Source of the DNA: Chrysomallon squamiferum
Taxonomy: Eukaryota > Animalia > Mollusca
Direction: 5' to 3'
NCBI GenBank assembly: GCA_012295275.1
Contig: CM022676.1
Span: 7,812,001 to 7,876,000, forward strand
Length of the DNA stretch: 64,000 nucleotides
The position numbers and the translations under genes were made by a program. Every line of letters starts with the position of its first letter. Positions within the stretch are counted from its first letter, which is position 1. This document shows positions 39,894-54,290 of this stretch, piece by piece. Under the pieces are notes generated by a model. The model saw only the letters and a list, made by a program, of their open reading frames with translations. It was not told the DNA's origin and made no database searches.

Positions 39894-41204
39894 AGTATGT
39901 AGTTATATACATATATGTATGTATGTATGCATGAACGTATGTGTGCGTATATAAGCATGTATGTATTTTATTTATCTCTAGAGATTCGTGTTGGCTTGAA
40001 GCTGACCACTGCAATGTACATTACAATATGATTTGATTATTTGGCTATATATTTATTATTTTGCTATCATATGTTAAAAACATTAAATATAGCCTGACAT
40101 TTTATTAACCTTCTTTAATTTTTTATGAAACTGCCTTACGAAGTGTATGATTAAGTAATAATAATCCTTTTCTTGTTTTCAATTCATTAATATCAACTCA
40201 CTTACTGTCAGGCGTTATGACGGTTTCTGGAACGTCATTTCCTCTTTCCTCTATAGAAGCATATAGATTCTCTGTGTCTTGATCTACAGACGCTGGCACA
40301 ATCTGATTATCTGAAACATAGAATGAAATTATGTTTTTGTTTATATAAAGAATGTGCAGAGATAAAAATACTCGCTTTAATATGTACGTGTGAGTGTGTA
40401 CGTGTATGTGTGTATGTGTGTTCACAAATACACGAACGCGCTCGCACACACAGTCAAATGTATAACAATTTAAAAAGTGAATGTTTAAGTGTATATTTTT
40501 ACATATAACTCATCTCTCGCTCTATGCATATACACATAATAATGTGTTTTCATAGATACATCGATGTATGAGTGTTTGTATGTAATAGGTGAACATATAG
40601 GTATATATATGTATGCATTTATTTATGTATGTTTGTGCATTTTAGGATTTGAATATTTTCTGTCTTATGCACGTCTGATTAGACTATGCACACAGACAAT
40701 ATTCGGAAAGACACTGGCGCACGAGGTAATCACCGCTGTATATATCTGTGTGTGTCTGTGTGTGTATGTGTGTGAACTTACATGAATCTGGAATAACACT
40801 GTAGGAAACACCTTCATTTGTGCCGATTCTGAAACTTTATACAGACACAAAACGTATATTTATTCAAATGTAAGTAATATATATTACATATACATTGACG
40901 CAATAATCCGAGGACGTACACAAGAATGTAAACATACATACCTATATATACACTATACACTCATACACACATATATTACATGAATATATTCATGTTACAT
41001 ATATAGACGTGAACATACACACATACGTACATACACAAATACATACACGCACAACATACATAGATATATACGTAGACACACAGAGAATGACATACATACG
41101 TACATAAACAAATTAATTATTTTACAGATAAAAAAGACATTAATAGAGGTTTATTAATTAATTTACCTTTCAGCGTTCGACCTTTTTACCGTTTTGTCTC
41201 CTGC

Positions 41205-41253
<49 letters not shown>

Positions 41254-42046
41254 TACTTATTACGTCAGCCATATCATTATCAGGTGACAAAAATGCACAG
41301 GTGATCTGGAAAACAGGTTTGATAACTCTATTAAAAGTAATTGTGTCAGTTAGACTTGATTTATCTCCTCTTCACTCTATAGGTAAATGTAATTCAAATA
41401 CTAAAACAAATAAACAAATATACATACTAATAAAGAAACAAACAAATGAATGAAAGAATGAACGAACGAGCAAATGGATGAATGAATACATAAAGAAAGA
41501 ACATAAAATAAAATAAATAAAATAACAATGAAACAAATAAACAAACAAGCAAATAAATAAATATATAAAGAACGAATAAATAAATAAATAAATAAATAAA
41601 TCAATAAATAAGTAACACATAAATCATTACTTCTTTTGTATCCTAAGTAGATAACAACGACAGTTATAATGATTACAGACAGAGAAAAGAAAATTCCAAA
41701 ACTGCTGACAAATCCTTTTCCAAACTGACTGCTGTCTTCTACAGCACCTGAAAATTCATTAATAAAATTAAATTGTGAGATTAAGTTCATATATTATTAG
41801 ATATCTTCAGTAGACAGGCAATTTCTATTTCCTTCTGTTAATATATCTTCATAAAGTAGGTAATTATTTATTTGCTATTGTTAAGGTATCTTTCATTTAA
41901 GGTTTTTTTTTTTTTTTTTTTTTCTGTATGTCGTTATTTATTTCACACTTTCTACGTCATTGTTTGTACTTCAACTCTTCTATAATTCTGCATTTATCCG
42001 TTCATAAATATATAATTATGTGTGCAAGAACATATGTATGTGTGTG

Positions 42047-42087
<41 letters not shown>

Positions 42088-42549
42088 GTACGTATAGACA
42101 TTCATAGATACACATACATACATAGATACACATACACACATAGATATATAGATATAACCATACATACATATATATATATATATACACACACACACATATG
42201 CATAGATATACATACACATCCAGGCAGAAGAAAACAATAACATACATTCCTAAACGGGTACATTTACATATACATATATAAACGGACACAGATATGTACA
42301 TCTGTCTGTCTATTTATATCTATGCATGTCTATCAGTCTATTTCTATTTGTCTATATATCAATCTGTCTTCCTATTCAGATATTTTTATATAAAAGGTTT
42401 ATAATCTCTATTCAAAATTAAATGGACAATAAAATGAATTAAAACTTACTCTCAACATTAATAATAATTTTGGTATGTGCTGTTTGGCTCGTATCCGGAT
42501 TAACAGCAGTGCATGTGTAGATGCCAACTTGAAATATTAGTCAGGGCCA

Positions 42550-43848
42550 GTAGTCCGTTGTTACTGACAATCTGATTGGTCAGTTGCCATCTGTAAAGAC
42601 AATTGACAAAGTAATCGGCTTTGCATGATATTCTGACGTCACTTCCTTCCTCTACTGTGATGTCAGATGAAGAATTGACTCGAAGTGAGCTGCCGGGGCC
42701 ATCTGTAAAGAAAAATAATAATAAAAAAATGTTAAAAAAAACACCTAAAAAATAATAATAATACAAAAAAACTAGAACGTTGAATACATCAATGATTATT
42801 ATTATTTTTTTTTTTATCAACATGATTCTCCTCATCATAATCATCATTATTATTGTTATACGTGTTGATACTGTTGTTGTCGTCGTTTTTATTATAATTA
42901 TAATTATTATTATTATTATTATTATGAAGATGATGATGATGATGATGGTGAGACTACTGCTGATAATAACAAATTAAATTCTACTAAACTGAATTAAGAT
43001 ACCTCTAACTTTCAAAACGACTCTGTTACTCGAATATTGGTGATCGATATCTTCACATCGCCAAATATATCCTTTTTGATTGTTGTGGACAGACTTTACA
43101 GTAACCTGAAACTTGTCAGCAAAACAACTGAAATTGTAATTTTTACTAAAACGTGACATAACACCACAGTGTCCGGACCCAGAATTTAACACGTCATAGG
43201 TGACGTCATTCACAAACCACGTGACGCGATGTGAATATTGGTAAATCTGACATGTGAACGTAAAAGAATGTCCGCTGATAGCGTATGGCGCGGACCCTCG
43301 AAGTTCTGGCGGACCTGAAAGTAAACTGTAAACAGTAAACCCAAATAGGCGCACACGTCCACATACACGTCCATCCACACACGCACACACACATACACGC
43401 AGAAACACATATAAATACACACATAATGTAAAGTGTATCATAACAAAAGTGATTCAGACCGGATATTCGCACGTAAACATTTATAACTTGTTCTCTGATG
43501 TTTTAAACACACACCTCTAACAAATATTAAGTTGCCTGTTTATTTTATCATTCTTATTTTTACTATAATTAGATTCTTACTTACGATGTACAGTCAAATC
43601 AAGGTTTTGTTTTGCAGTGTTTTTTTCGTATCTGGATTTTCAGCCGTACACACATAGAGACCTGATTGTGATTTATTAATATTAGCCAATGAGAGAATGC
43701 CCGTGTTACTTATGACGTCATCTACACGCTTCCACTGATAATTACACTTGATGGAACACGTCGCCGAACAAGACACTGGGACGTCATTTCCTTCCACAGC
43801 ACTCACAACAGACGAAGTATTCAGCTTGAGTGATTTTCCAGGACCATC

Positions 43849-43897
<49 letters not shown>

Positions 43898-45128
43898 TAA
43901 TAATAATAAAAACATTATCAACAGCATCCTCTTCCTCCTCATCGACAGTATGCATAATCATCATTTTATACTTACTGATTGTAGCAATTATGGATGTTGT
44001 CGTTGTAATAGTTGTGATGACGAAATATTTGAGTTGTTGCTGTTGACATCATCATTACTAGTACTGTCACCACATTTTGTTTATTTATTTATTTATTTAT
44101 TTTGTTAATATTTTAGCCGATTTAAAATAATAGTTATAGGAATAAAATAAAATAAAATAATAAAATAAAATACTAAATTAAAATTAAAATATTCTGTATC
44201 TAGATATGAACTCACATTTAATGTATACGTACATATCTGTTTAAGCATATAATTCTTTCATATAAAAATATAAACATATATATTAATAATTCTTATCATC
44301 AGTAATTATAATCTATAAAAAATAAAGGTTTTTGACCTCTGATTTCAGGTATTATTTTCTTTTATTGAGATGTATTGCGTAGTTAGCACTAACGGTACAT
44401 ATTTTCTAAAGTGAAAATTTTAAACATAAATCTGGTAAAACAGTTGAGTTACAGTATTGTTTTATTTTACTGAGATGCATTGTTTAGTTATCATTAACAG
44501 AACATATTTCCTAGAACGATAATTATAAACATAAAACTGATAATACATCTGACTTCCAGTATTGTTTAGTTTTATTCAGTTTATCACATAGTTATCATTA
44601 ACAGTACATATTTTTATGTCTCACCTTTCGTGGTTGTTTTTTAACAACATTTAATAGGCGCAATAATAATATTAATAATAAATAAGGTAATTTTACCTCT
44701 CATTTCTAGTTTTGTTTCCTTGCTTTTGTTTTGTTAACAAGATTTACTACTTATAATAATAATAATATTATTAATAAATAAATTAATTTTACCTCTCACT
44801 TCAAGTTTTATTTCATTGCTGCGTCCTCCATCATCTCCATATCTCCACACAGTTTCATGTTGACTGAGTTGGACAGATTTTATTATGAGGAGATTTATAT
44901 CAGGTGAACAGTAAAAAGTGTATTCTTTCGGATGTTCACCATAAAAATCACAGAGACCATTTCCCCCCTGTACATGCATCCTGTATTCTATATTATTCAC
45001 AAACCAGGCAATGTTAGGAGAACGATTTCCTTGACCGGTAAAAGTAAAAGGTGATCCAACAACTGCATATCTGCCTGATGTTGTTAATCTACAATTCTGA
45101 TCTTAAGTTAAAAGAAAAAAAGAAGGTA

Positions 45129-45186
<58 letters not shown>

Positions 45187-46037
45187 CCTGTCTGTGTGTG
45201 TGTGTGAATACATATATATATAAAAATTAAATTAATCTAAATCAATTTTTTATAATTACATTTTTACTTGGCTACAAGTATGTTATGTTATGCTATGGTA
45301 TGCTGTATTGTTATGTTATGCTATGTTAGGTTATATTATGTTATGTTCTGTTATTTTTTTCAGATTTTAACAGATATATTTCATGAGTTCAGCTGACAAA
45401 GTTATACATTTAATTTTACATCAGTCATCTAGAAATGACGGTAAGTTCACCCAGATTTCACACTTTGTAAAAGAAATGAGATTAACTCAGCTAGAGATAA
45501 GTAATCTGAATATAAAACACATACCTTGTACGTACAATACACATCCCAGTAACACGAACAGTACTTACTACTCATTTCCAATGCTTTAGTTTTCACTGCC
45601 GTTAATGAAAGTATAGTTTCACGATTTCACTGCTGTTAATATTATTTGTAATACATTCTGTAGGTGGTTGAATATATTTTTCAATACATCAGATGCAGTC
45701 GATTGCATCGAGCAACCTAAATACAGCTCTAGGACATGACATACAGCGATGTATTTTTATAGATAATAATGGTCAGAATGTTGTTGATTTTTTTTGTTTT
45801 TGTTTTATATATTTGTATTTTTGTACTTCCGAAGGTAGTTTCCTTTCTAGGTATGTTTGTATTTATGCATGTGTGTAGATATGTACGTATGTAAGTAGCT
45901 GAGTATGCATGTATGTATATTAGCTTTTGGTGTGTATGTTTGTACGTACGTATATTTGTAATTAGGAGGTAGGTAGAGAGGTAGTTAGGTGTATGTATAT
46001 TTGCGTTTGTTCATATTTGTCTGTAGGTATGTATGTC

Positions 46038-46077
<40 letters not shown>

Positions 46078-48010
46078 TAACTATTTATCTATCTATCTGT
46101 GGATCTGCGCATGTCTGCCTCTGTGTATGTTTGTGTGTGTGTAAGTTTCCCTGTGTATTTGTATCAAATAAAAATGTTTTCAGGTGATAATTTCAGAATA
46201 AATTTCGTGTTCCGATGCACCAGACAAGCTTTATATTGTAATAATGCAATCTAAAGTGATATAACTATGTATAATATAACGTAATATACCGTAGCAGATT
46301 AGAATATGCTTATGTACTAAAGAACTTTATACTGAATATAGTATAATACAGTACAGTATAGTAATATATATTTTAATACAGAATAGTATAGGATAGTAGA
46401 TTGTAGTACAGTATGAAGTTATAGTATAGTGTAGTATAATATAGAATATAAAATATAGTGTAGTATAGTGTAACTCCTCATAACAGCATACCATAGCATA
46501 GCACAGCATAACATAGCATAGCATAGTATAGGATTGTCTAATATATTATACTGCAGTTAAATTTAGTAGAATACAGAATAATACTGCAAAAACACTGTAC
46601 AATTTAATATAGTATAGTTTAATATAGTAAATAGTGATAATAATAAAATACATAAATACATATTTAAAAATTAAAATATATATCTACTAAAAAAATATAT
46701 TCTTATTTTCTTCTATTGTATTATTATATATTACTAATGCATTATACTCACTTTTTAATAACTGTATAATAATTATAATGAATTGCATTCTATTCTTTAT
46801 GTAACATTATATTATTTTACCGTGAAATAGATTGCTTAGCACTTAATCATATTACACTACATTACGTCATATAATATCATATTGTATGAAATTATATTAC
46901 ACTGCATAACATTACTTTATATTATCATAATTACTTTTCATTCCCGTTTAATCTATATAACGTTTTGCGACAAAGAAAAAGAAACTTCTGATGTTTAGTA
47001 TATAGAGAAATTATACAGAGAAAGTCTAAAACTATTAACGATGCATATTTCCTAGAAAGATAATTACAAATATGGAACGGATAATACATCTATATCCAGT
47101 ATTGTTTTGTTTTATTGAGATGTATTGTTTAGTTATCAGTAGCAATACATATTTCCTAGAATGGTAATTATGAACATAACACCTCTGAGTTATAGTACTG
47201 ACCAGTTTTATTGAGTTTATTGTTTAATTATCATTAACACTATGTATTTCCTAGAATGTTAATAATAAAACTGATTTTACCTCTCACTTCCAGGTTTATT
47301 TCATTGCTGCGTGGTCTGTAATCACCACATCTCCATACAGTTCCATGTTGACTGAGGCTGACAGATTTTACTATGAGGAGATTTGTGTCATCTGAACAGT
47401 TAAAACTCTATACCTTTGGATGTTCACCCAAAACATAACATTGAGTATAGTTTTCTAATACACGAATCCTGTATTCTGTGTTATTCATGAACCAGGTGAT
47501 GGTAGGAGAAGGAAAATCACTCTGACAGGTGAAAGTAAAAAGTGATCCAACAACTGCATATGGGCCTGATGTTGTTAATCTATAATGCTGACCTTAAATT
47601 AGAAGAAACAAATTTTAAAAAATTAATTAAAATTAGAATTAAAATGAAAATAAATTAATCTAAACAAAATAATTTTTTTTATAATTACATATTTGCCTAG
47701 TTACAGTACGCTGTATAATGGACTGATATTACGCAGTGACGTTATGTTATGTTATGTTATGTTGACTTATATTACACTACATCCTATTATATCATATCGT
47801 ATCATTGTACTATTTTCTATAGTAGTATATTATATTGTACGACATTATTTTATATTATCAAAATTGCCTTTCATTCTCGTTTAATGTATATGTTTTGCGC
47901 CAAAATAAGAAACTGCTGATGTTTAGCATATAGATAAATATATACGTAATCATGAATTCACTGTATTAATGTGTACTGAGATATCATGAATTCACTGTAT
48001 TAACGTGTAC
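42550..48010. repeat. Recent segmental duplication, copy of about 58420-64000
   Basis: Exons and introns are colinear and nearly identical, at an offset of about 15.8-16 kb. Confidence 0.9.
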
Positions 48011-48165
48011 TGCGTTATCATGAATTCACTGTATTAATGTGTACTGCGTTTTCAACGTAATCATGAATTCACTGTATTAATGTGTACTGCGTTATCATGA
48101 ATTCACTGTATTAATGTGTACTGCGTTTTCAACGTAATCATGAATTCACTGTATTAATGGGTACA
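47945..48165. repeat. Intron-1 minisatellite (reverse complement of the 43-bp unit, with shorter variants)
   Basis: Repeated CATGAATTCACTGTATTAATGTGTACTGCGTT; also at 30655-30765 and 63935-64000. Confidence 0.85.
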
Positions 48166-48489
48166 ATGTCTACTTATATTTATTAAAGAAATTAGGACTA
48201 TTTATCCATAACCATCGTCCATACATAACACCAACTACACCCAGATTTCACAGTTACATTAACCCAGATAGAGATAAATAATCTGAATATAAAATACATA
48301 CCTTGTACATACAATACAAATCCAGCTAACACGAACACACAGAACAACTTATTTTCAGTATTTTAGTTTTCACTTCCGTTAATAAAATAAAATAATAATA
48401 ATAATAATAATTATTATTATTATTATTATTATATTATTATTATGATTATTAGTATTATTATTAGTTTATCTTTTCTTCACTACTTTCAT

Positions 48490-49190
48490 GTTTTCACTCC
48501 TGTTAATATAAAAATAGTTTCTTCGCTATCATCTTCTTTTAAATTCTTCCTTGTTTACTTTTCTGTTGCTATGTTACCACGTTTACTTCCTGTTTCACAA
48601 GTAAAACACCCGTTTTGTTCTTGGGAAAAATAACATCTGTAATACGCTAGATCCTCTCGACTGACTTCAGCAGTTTGCTGGTAGCATAAAAAATATTATT
48701 TAGTCCCACATATACACACTAGAAGAAGAAATCCAAAACCGCTATCATAAAATGACCGTGTTTGAATTGACCTAAAAATGACGCTACGGACTGCTAATGA
48801 ACAAGTGACAGCTTTTCAGTGGTGACCAAGGGTAATCATCGCTTCACATGCCATTCACATGCGCTCCGAAGGCGAATGACGTCACCGAATATTGTCTAAG
48901 TGTAAATCTAATCAGACAAGAAGAAAGGTCGCTCATATTCATTGGTAATCATCCCACGAAGCACACCGTTCTTTGTCTTTTGTAATGTCTGCGTGTATCT
49001 ATTGTTTTGTGTTAACCTTTGCACTGGCAACTATGTATTTTCAGATTGAATATTCTCCCACGAAGCACGCCGTTCTTTGTCTTTTGTAACTGTTGCGTGT
49101 ATCTATTTTTTTCTGTGTAAAGTTTGCTCAGTAATCAAGCGCAGTCATCGCCACCCACGAAGCACGCCGTTGTTTGTCTTTTGTAATTTT
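48490..49190 (-). promoter_or_regulatory. Putative G2 promoter block
   Basis: Near-identical to 31080-31780; TGACGTCA at 48877-48884. Confidence 0.4.
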
Positions 49191-50003
49191 TGCATGCATC
49201 TATTTTTATTATTTTTTTATTTTTTTATTTTTTTTAGGGTAGGGGAGCCTATTGCTAGACAATACTCTGCTTATGTTCATTTATTTATTTCATTCTTTAC
49301 CTCACTCTGTCCATCCATCAGCACACACATACATAGACATAGAAACATACTTTTACTATGAATTTGAAAATTTATTTATTGAGCGTTGTTCATGCGATAT
49401 CTGTTTTATATTTGCTGAAGAGAAACTTTCTTCTTCGCTTTTTTCTTTTTTTTAAATTCTGTTTTCTTCTACATTTAGTTTCTTTTCTCTTTATTATTCC
49501 TGTTATTTATTAATTAATTACAAGTGCACACACATACATATATACATTTATATAAACACGCACATACATATATACATTTATATAAACACGCACATACATA
49601 CATTCACACACACAAGTACATACATACGTACATACATACATAAACTTTGAGCTGGAAAACATTTCAGTTAGGTACTCAAAAGTGTTTTTCTGTTTGTGAA
49701 ATACTCCTAACTATAATTGTAGATCTTTTTATCCGGATTTCTGTGAGAAGAAATTCATAGTAGTCAGTGAAATAGATCCAAATATACACATTTTTTAATA
49801 TTTAATTTTCGGGTGGTGCTGTCTCAAAATTGCTATTTTGAAGTCCCGATTTTTAGGAGCCCATTCTCTGCAGAGTATATTTAGGTTGATAGGGGAAGCC
49901 AGGGTTGGTAAAATCATTTACTTAACTCTAGATTTAATAATAATAATAATAATAATAAAAAATTATTTAAGAAACTATGGATGTATTGAAATACATGTTG
50001 ATA

Positions 50004-51170
50004 CACTGAACCAACTTTATCCAAAAACAAAAGGAAGAATTTGTCCTGTTATACTGACTCGCCGTCAACGCCAGCCAACGTGTACACGAACTCTCCCACT
50101 ACTTTCGCGTTCACGACTCCGACAACGTACACCACATTGGGCAAGTGTCAGATCGACCACGTTCTGGTAAACCACGTTTAACTACTCCAAGGGAAGACAG
50201 GTATTTAGTGACGTCATCTCGAGGACACAGGTTCTAGAGTGCTCCACTTTTAGCCCGTACTTTGCAGCAAACCACAGACACTAGAATTCAAACTCAAATT
50301 GACCGTAACCATCTCCATGCTGCACGATTCCAAGCACGTCGCCCTGTTGTAGCTCACAGAGCGTCACATTCAAGAACGTCTGAGTTGGGCCAGAAAACAC
50401 CAACACTAGCGACGAAGACAATGGGATCAAACATTATTCGCAGACGATTCGAGGTTTTGTTTTCACTTTGATGGTAGACGTCATGTATGGAGGAGACGAG
50501 GAGAACGATATGATGCAGACAACGTCTTTCAACATGACCGACATGGCTGTGACAGAGTCATGGCCTGGACCGGCATTCATAGTGGAGATAAAACAGATCT
50601 TGTCTTCATTCACGGAAACATGACTGTTCAACGTTACAGTGACGGTATCATTACACCAGTGGTCATTCCATTCCTGCAGCAGCATCCTGGCTTTCTGTTT
50701 GAACATGACAACGCTGGACCACACACCGCTAGGCTAACCACTAACCTTCTTGAGCGGAACGAGATCCAAGTGTTGAACTGGACATCAAAGTCCTCTGATT
50801 TGTCCCCAACTGAGCATGCATGAGGTCTACTGGGCCATACGGTACGCAACAACCATCCTCATATCCTTAATGTCCATGACCTACAAATTGCTTTGAACCG
50901 GGAATGGAACGCTGTTAGTATTCCTGAGATTGATGCTCTCAGTAGAAGCATGAAACGACGATGTACTGATGTCATCAGTGCCACAGGTGCACACAATTAT
51001 TGAGCCCCTCACACCATTTTGGTAGACGCACTTCTCCATTTTATTAGTTGATATTAAAGTAACGACGTTGAGACACCGTGACAATGTCTTACTGCCAGCA
51101 ACATATACATTAATATATATATACATTATATATATATTGTAGTGAGTAGTGGGACAAACTGGTTGCAAAA
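50004..51170 (+). mobile_element. Degenerate Tc1-family transposon
   Basis: Frameshifted DDE transposase: LFADDSRF, then W-GI...GNMTVQRY...LFEHDNAGPHTA...VLNWTSKSSDLSPTEHA* (a Tc1 DNAxPH...SPDLxPIE-like motif). Element boundaries are approximate. Confidence 0.85.
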
Positions 51171-51489
51171 TAAAACATAAAACATAAAATATAAACTGTA
51201 AATACTTTAATTAGACAAGCAAAAGCACTTTTTTGTGTGAAATACTCCTAGCTATAATTGTAGGTCTTTTTGTCCTGATTTCAGTGATAAGTAATTAGTC
51301 ATAGTGTTATACATTTTTTGATATTTAACTTTTGGAGGCTGTTGTCTCAAAATTGCCAGTTTGACGAAATCCCGGTTTTTGAGGGCCCATTCCAAAGTTA
51401 TTATTATTATAATTTTTTTTCATCTCTTTGCTGAGTTGGTAAAACCATTAACTTACGGCTAGATAATAATAATAATAATAATGATGATG

Positions 51490-51552
<63 letters not shown>

Positions 51553-52663
51553 GTAGTGGTAGCAGTAATTGTAGTAGTAGTAATAGTATTAGTATTAGTA
51601 TTAGTATTAGTAGTAGTAATGATGATATTAAAATAGTAAAGAAATAAAATAAAGAAATGAAATACTTGAATGTTCATAACTTCACTTGTACTATAAAAAA
51701 CATAAATCTTAGAATTTTTAACATACATACTTTTTGTACCAAATCAGTCAGAGTGAAGAGATGTAGATGATAAACTACATTTAGAAGGAATAAATTAGAA
51801 AATCTGAATCGTTACTTTTAGGGGATGATCAGGTAAATATAACACTGGGTAGAGTAAGGAGACAGTTCTCGAGCCTCACTGAATGTAATTTCGCATACAC
51901 AGACATAAGAATGTGTTTCTATTGCTGTACCGATGTGTGAGTGTGAGTGTGCGTGTGTGTGTGTGTACATAAATACACCCACTCAGAGACACATATAAGT
52001 TAAAAAGTCAATATGCTTAAGTGTATCTTTTTACATATACATTATCTCTACCTGTATATATCTATCTATCTATATAGATATCTGTCCATCTATCTATTTA
52101 TATAGATATCTATCTAGATGTCTATCAATCATCTATATACATACACAGACGTAAGAATGTGTTTCTATAGCTAGATGTACCGATGTGTGAATGTGTATGT
52201 GTTTGTGTATATATATATATGTATGTATGTATGTATTTAATTTTATTTCTAGAGATTCGAGTTGACTTAAAGTTGACCATTGTAATGTATATTACAGTGC
52301 GCTTTCGTCCTTTGGCCACATATTTATTACTTTGCTACCATATTTTATTTACATAGATAAAACTTTTTAAAACTTTATACAAATACGTTCAGAGATGTAT
52401 AAAAATACATTTCCACAACAAAATAATATAATTAATATATATTTAAAACTTTCAGAAACTATTTGAAAAGTATCCGTTCTCAAAACTATAAAACAGATAA
52501 TATTGTAACATTTAATAAAATACACTTGAAGAAAAATTCATTTGAAAAAAACAATACATTTCAAATACTGTTTAGAAGGTATCGAAATCTGTAAAAAACG
52601 CAAAATTTCATTAAAAAAATATAATAATAAAAATAAAAGTAAATAAATAAATAAATAATAATT

Positions 52664-52740
<77 letters not shown>

Positions 52741-53759
52741 CTGTATGTCTATGCATGTGTTTATATGTATGCATAAATGAGCGTATGTATGAACGTTTCT
52801 AGGAATGTACGTTATTGTTTACGCTGTCTATACTTATGATATTTATATATATTTATTTATGTATGTACGTACGTATATATATATAATTAATGTGTTTATA
52901 TCTATGTATGTGCATAGTATGCATATATATGCACACATACGTTGTTGCATACATAATTATAAATTGTCAGATACTTAGGTAGTGAGCTGGTGAATGGATG
53001 GATGGATGGATATATGGACACAATAATATAAAGAATAAAAGATAAATCAGGCAGAGAAACAGAAAAATACAGAATTACAGAAAGAATAAAAAGAGGAGAG
53101 GTGTGTAAAATGAGAATGGTTGAAGTACAAAAATCGGTGTAGAAAGTGTTAAATGAAGAAATACACACAAACAGACGAATCGATTTAGAAGACAAAAATT
53201 AAAACTTTATTTTAGAGTAAGAAGCAAAATTCTAACATATAAGAGATAAATGGAAAATTTGTTTCCTCTCTCCAAGAAAAATATTCACAGAATAGCGGAC
53301 ACACAAACAAACCTGCTATATGATAAAGTTAGATAATATAATTAACAAAACATAGTACACTGTAGTTTAGTAGTTACATCTGTTTCCTTTTCCTATTTCC
53401 TGTTCTAACTGCATTCACAATATTCGTTTAACACATTTTATATCACTTTAACCAGACACAAATGCAACAACATGCAATTTTATTGTATTTTTTTATTTTT
53501 AATAATTCCTCTTGATAATATGTAAAATCAACAAACTATATCTCCTGTACATTTGTAGAAATAAGAAAACGCGGATAAAGATGAAAAGATGACTAAAAAC
53601 TTCTTAGTACAAAAGAGGTAAGTTTATTAAAAGTTATATTTTGGTAATGCATTAACAGTTCAAGACACGGCAAAAAAAAAAGAAAAAAGAAAACAACAAC
53701 AACAACAAAAAACACACGAAAAAAACCAAAGCGAAATATTCCAAACAAGAAACTTAAAT

Positions 53760-54290
53760 CTACCTCACCAACAACCACAATCACCAGGACAACACAGTTT
53801 ATTTGTAGAAGAAAAGATCACCAAACACATAAATGCAACAACCTTGACCTACAACAGATCTTGGATAGTGTGGAATTGTTTCAGATATTCTTGTTATGTA
53901 CTACACTGGTCACAAGACAAAACTGTATTCCCATCTTGAATTCTGAACCTTCCTGGTAATTCTCGTCTTATCTAGTTATGATACTTTAACTTGTCATCCA
54001 CTATCCTGGAAACAAGTATGAACACTGAATCTCCACGGGTTAAACACTTCCTGCATTTAATTTAATCATTAACCATCCCAAAACAACAACAACAACAACA
54101 ACAAAAGTAAAAAAACAAAAAAAAACAACAACAACAACAGGAAAAACAAATAAACAGTTAAGAAATCAAAGAGGATATAGAAGGACATTTCACTGGAAAC
54201 ATGCAGACGCAGAATAATTATTTAAAAAAATCATAATGCACACTATAATACATTATCAGATGTCATTTCTTCATTTGTTTTGACAATAAA
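53760..54290 (+). mobile_element. Degenerate piggyBac-like fragment (copy 4)
   Basis: Duplicate of 34780-35070, extending into sequence matching 20330-20420. Confidence 0.45.

Larger units (their letters stand above)
38967..48352 (-). pseudogene. Gene G2: disrupted paralog, signal-V-(vestigial signal)-V'-C2-V-C2-TM-tail with ITIM/ITSM consensus motifs
   Basis: Signal exon 48352-48302 lacks ATG. V 47592-47281 has TAG at 47410-47408. Vestigial signal exon 45575-45525 is 51 nt and out of frame. V' 45101-44793 is open. C2 43847-43585 is 263 nt (frameshift). V 43314-43003 is open. C2 42702-42450 is 253 nt (frameshift). TM 41747-41631 and tail exons 41200-41167, 40828-40782, 40310-40206 and 39061-38967 are open. 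Confidence 0.8.
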
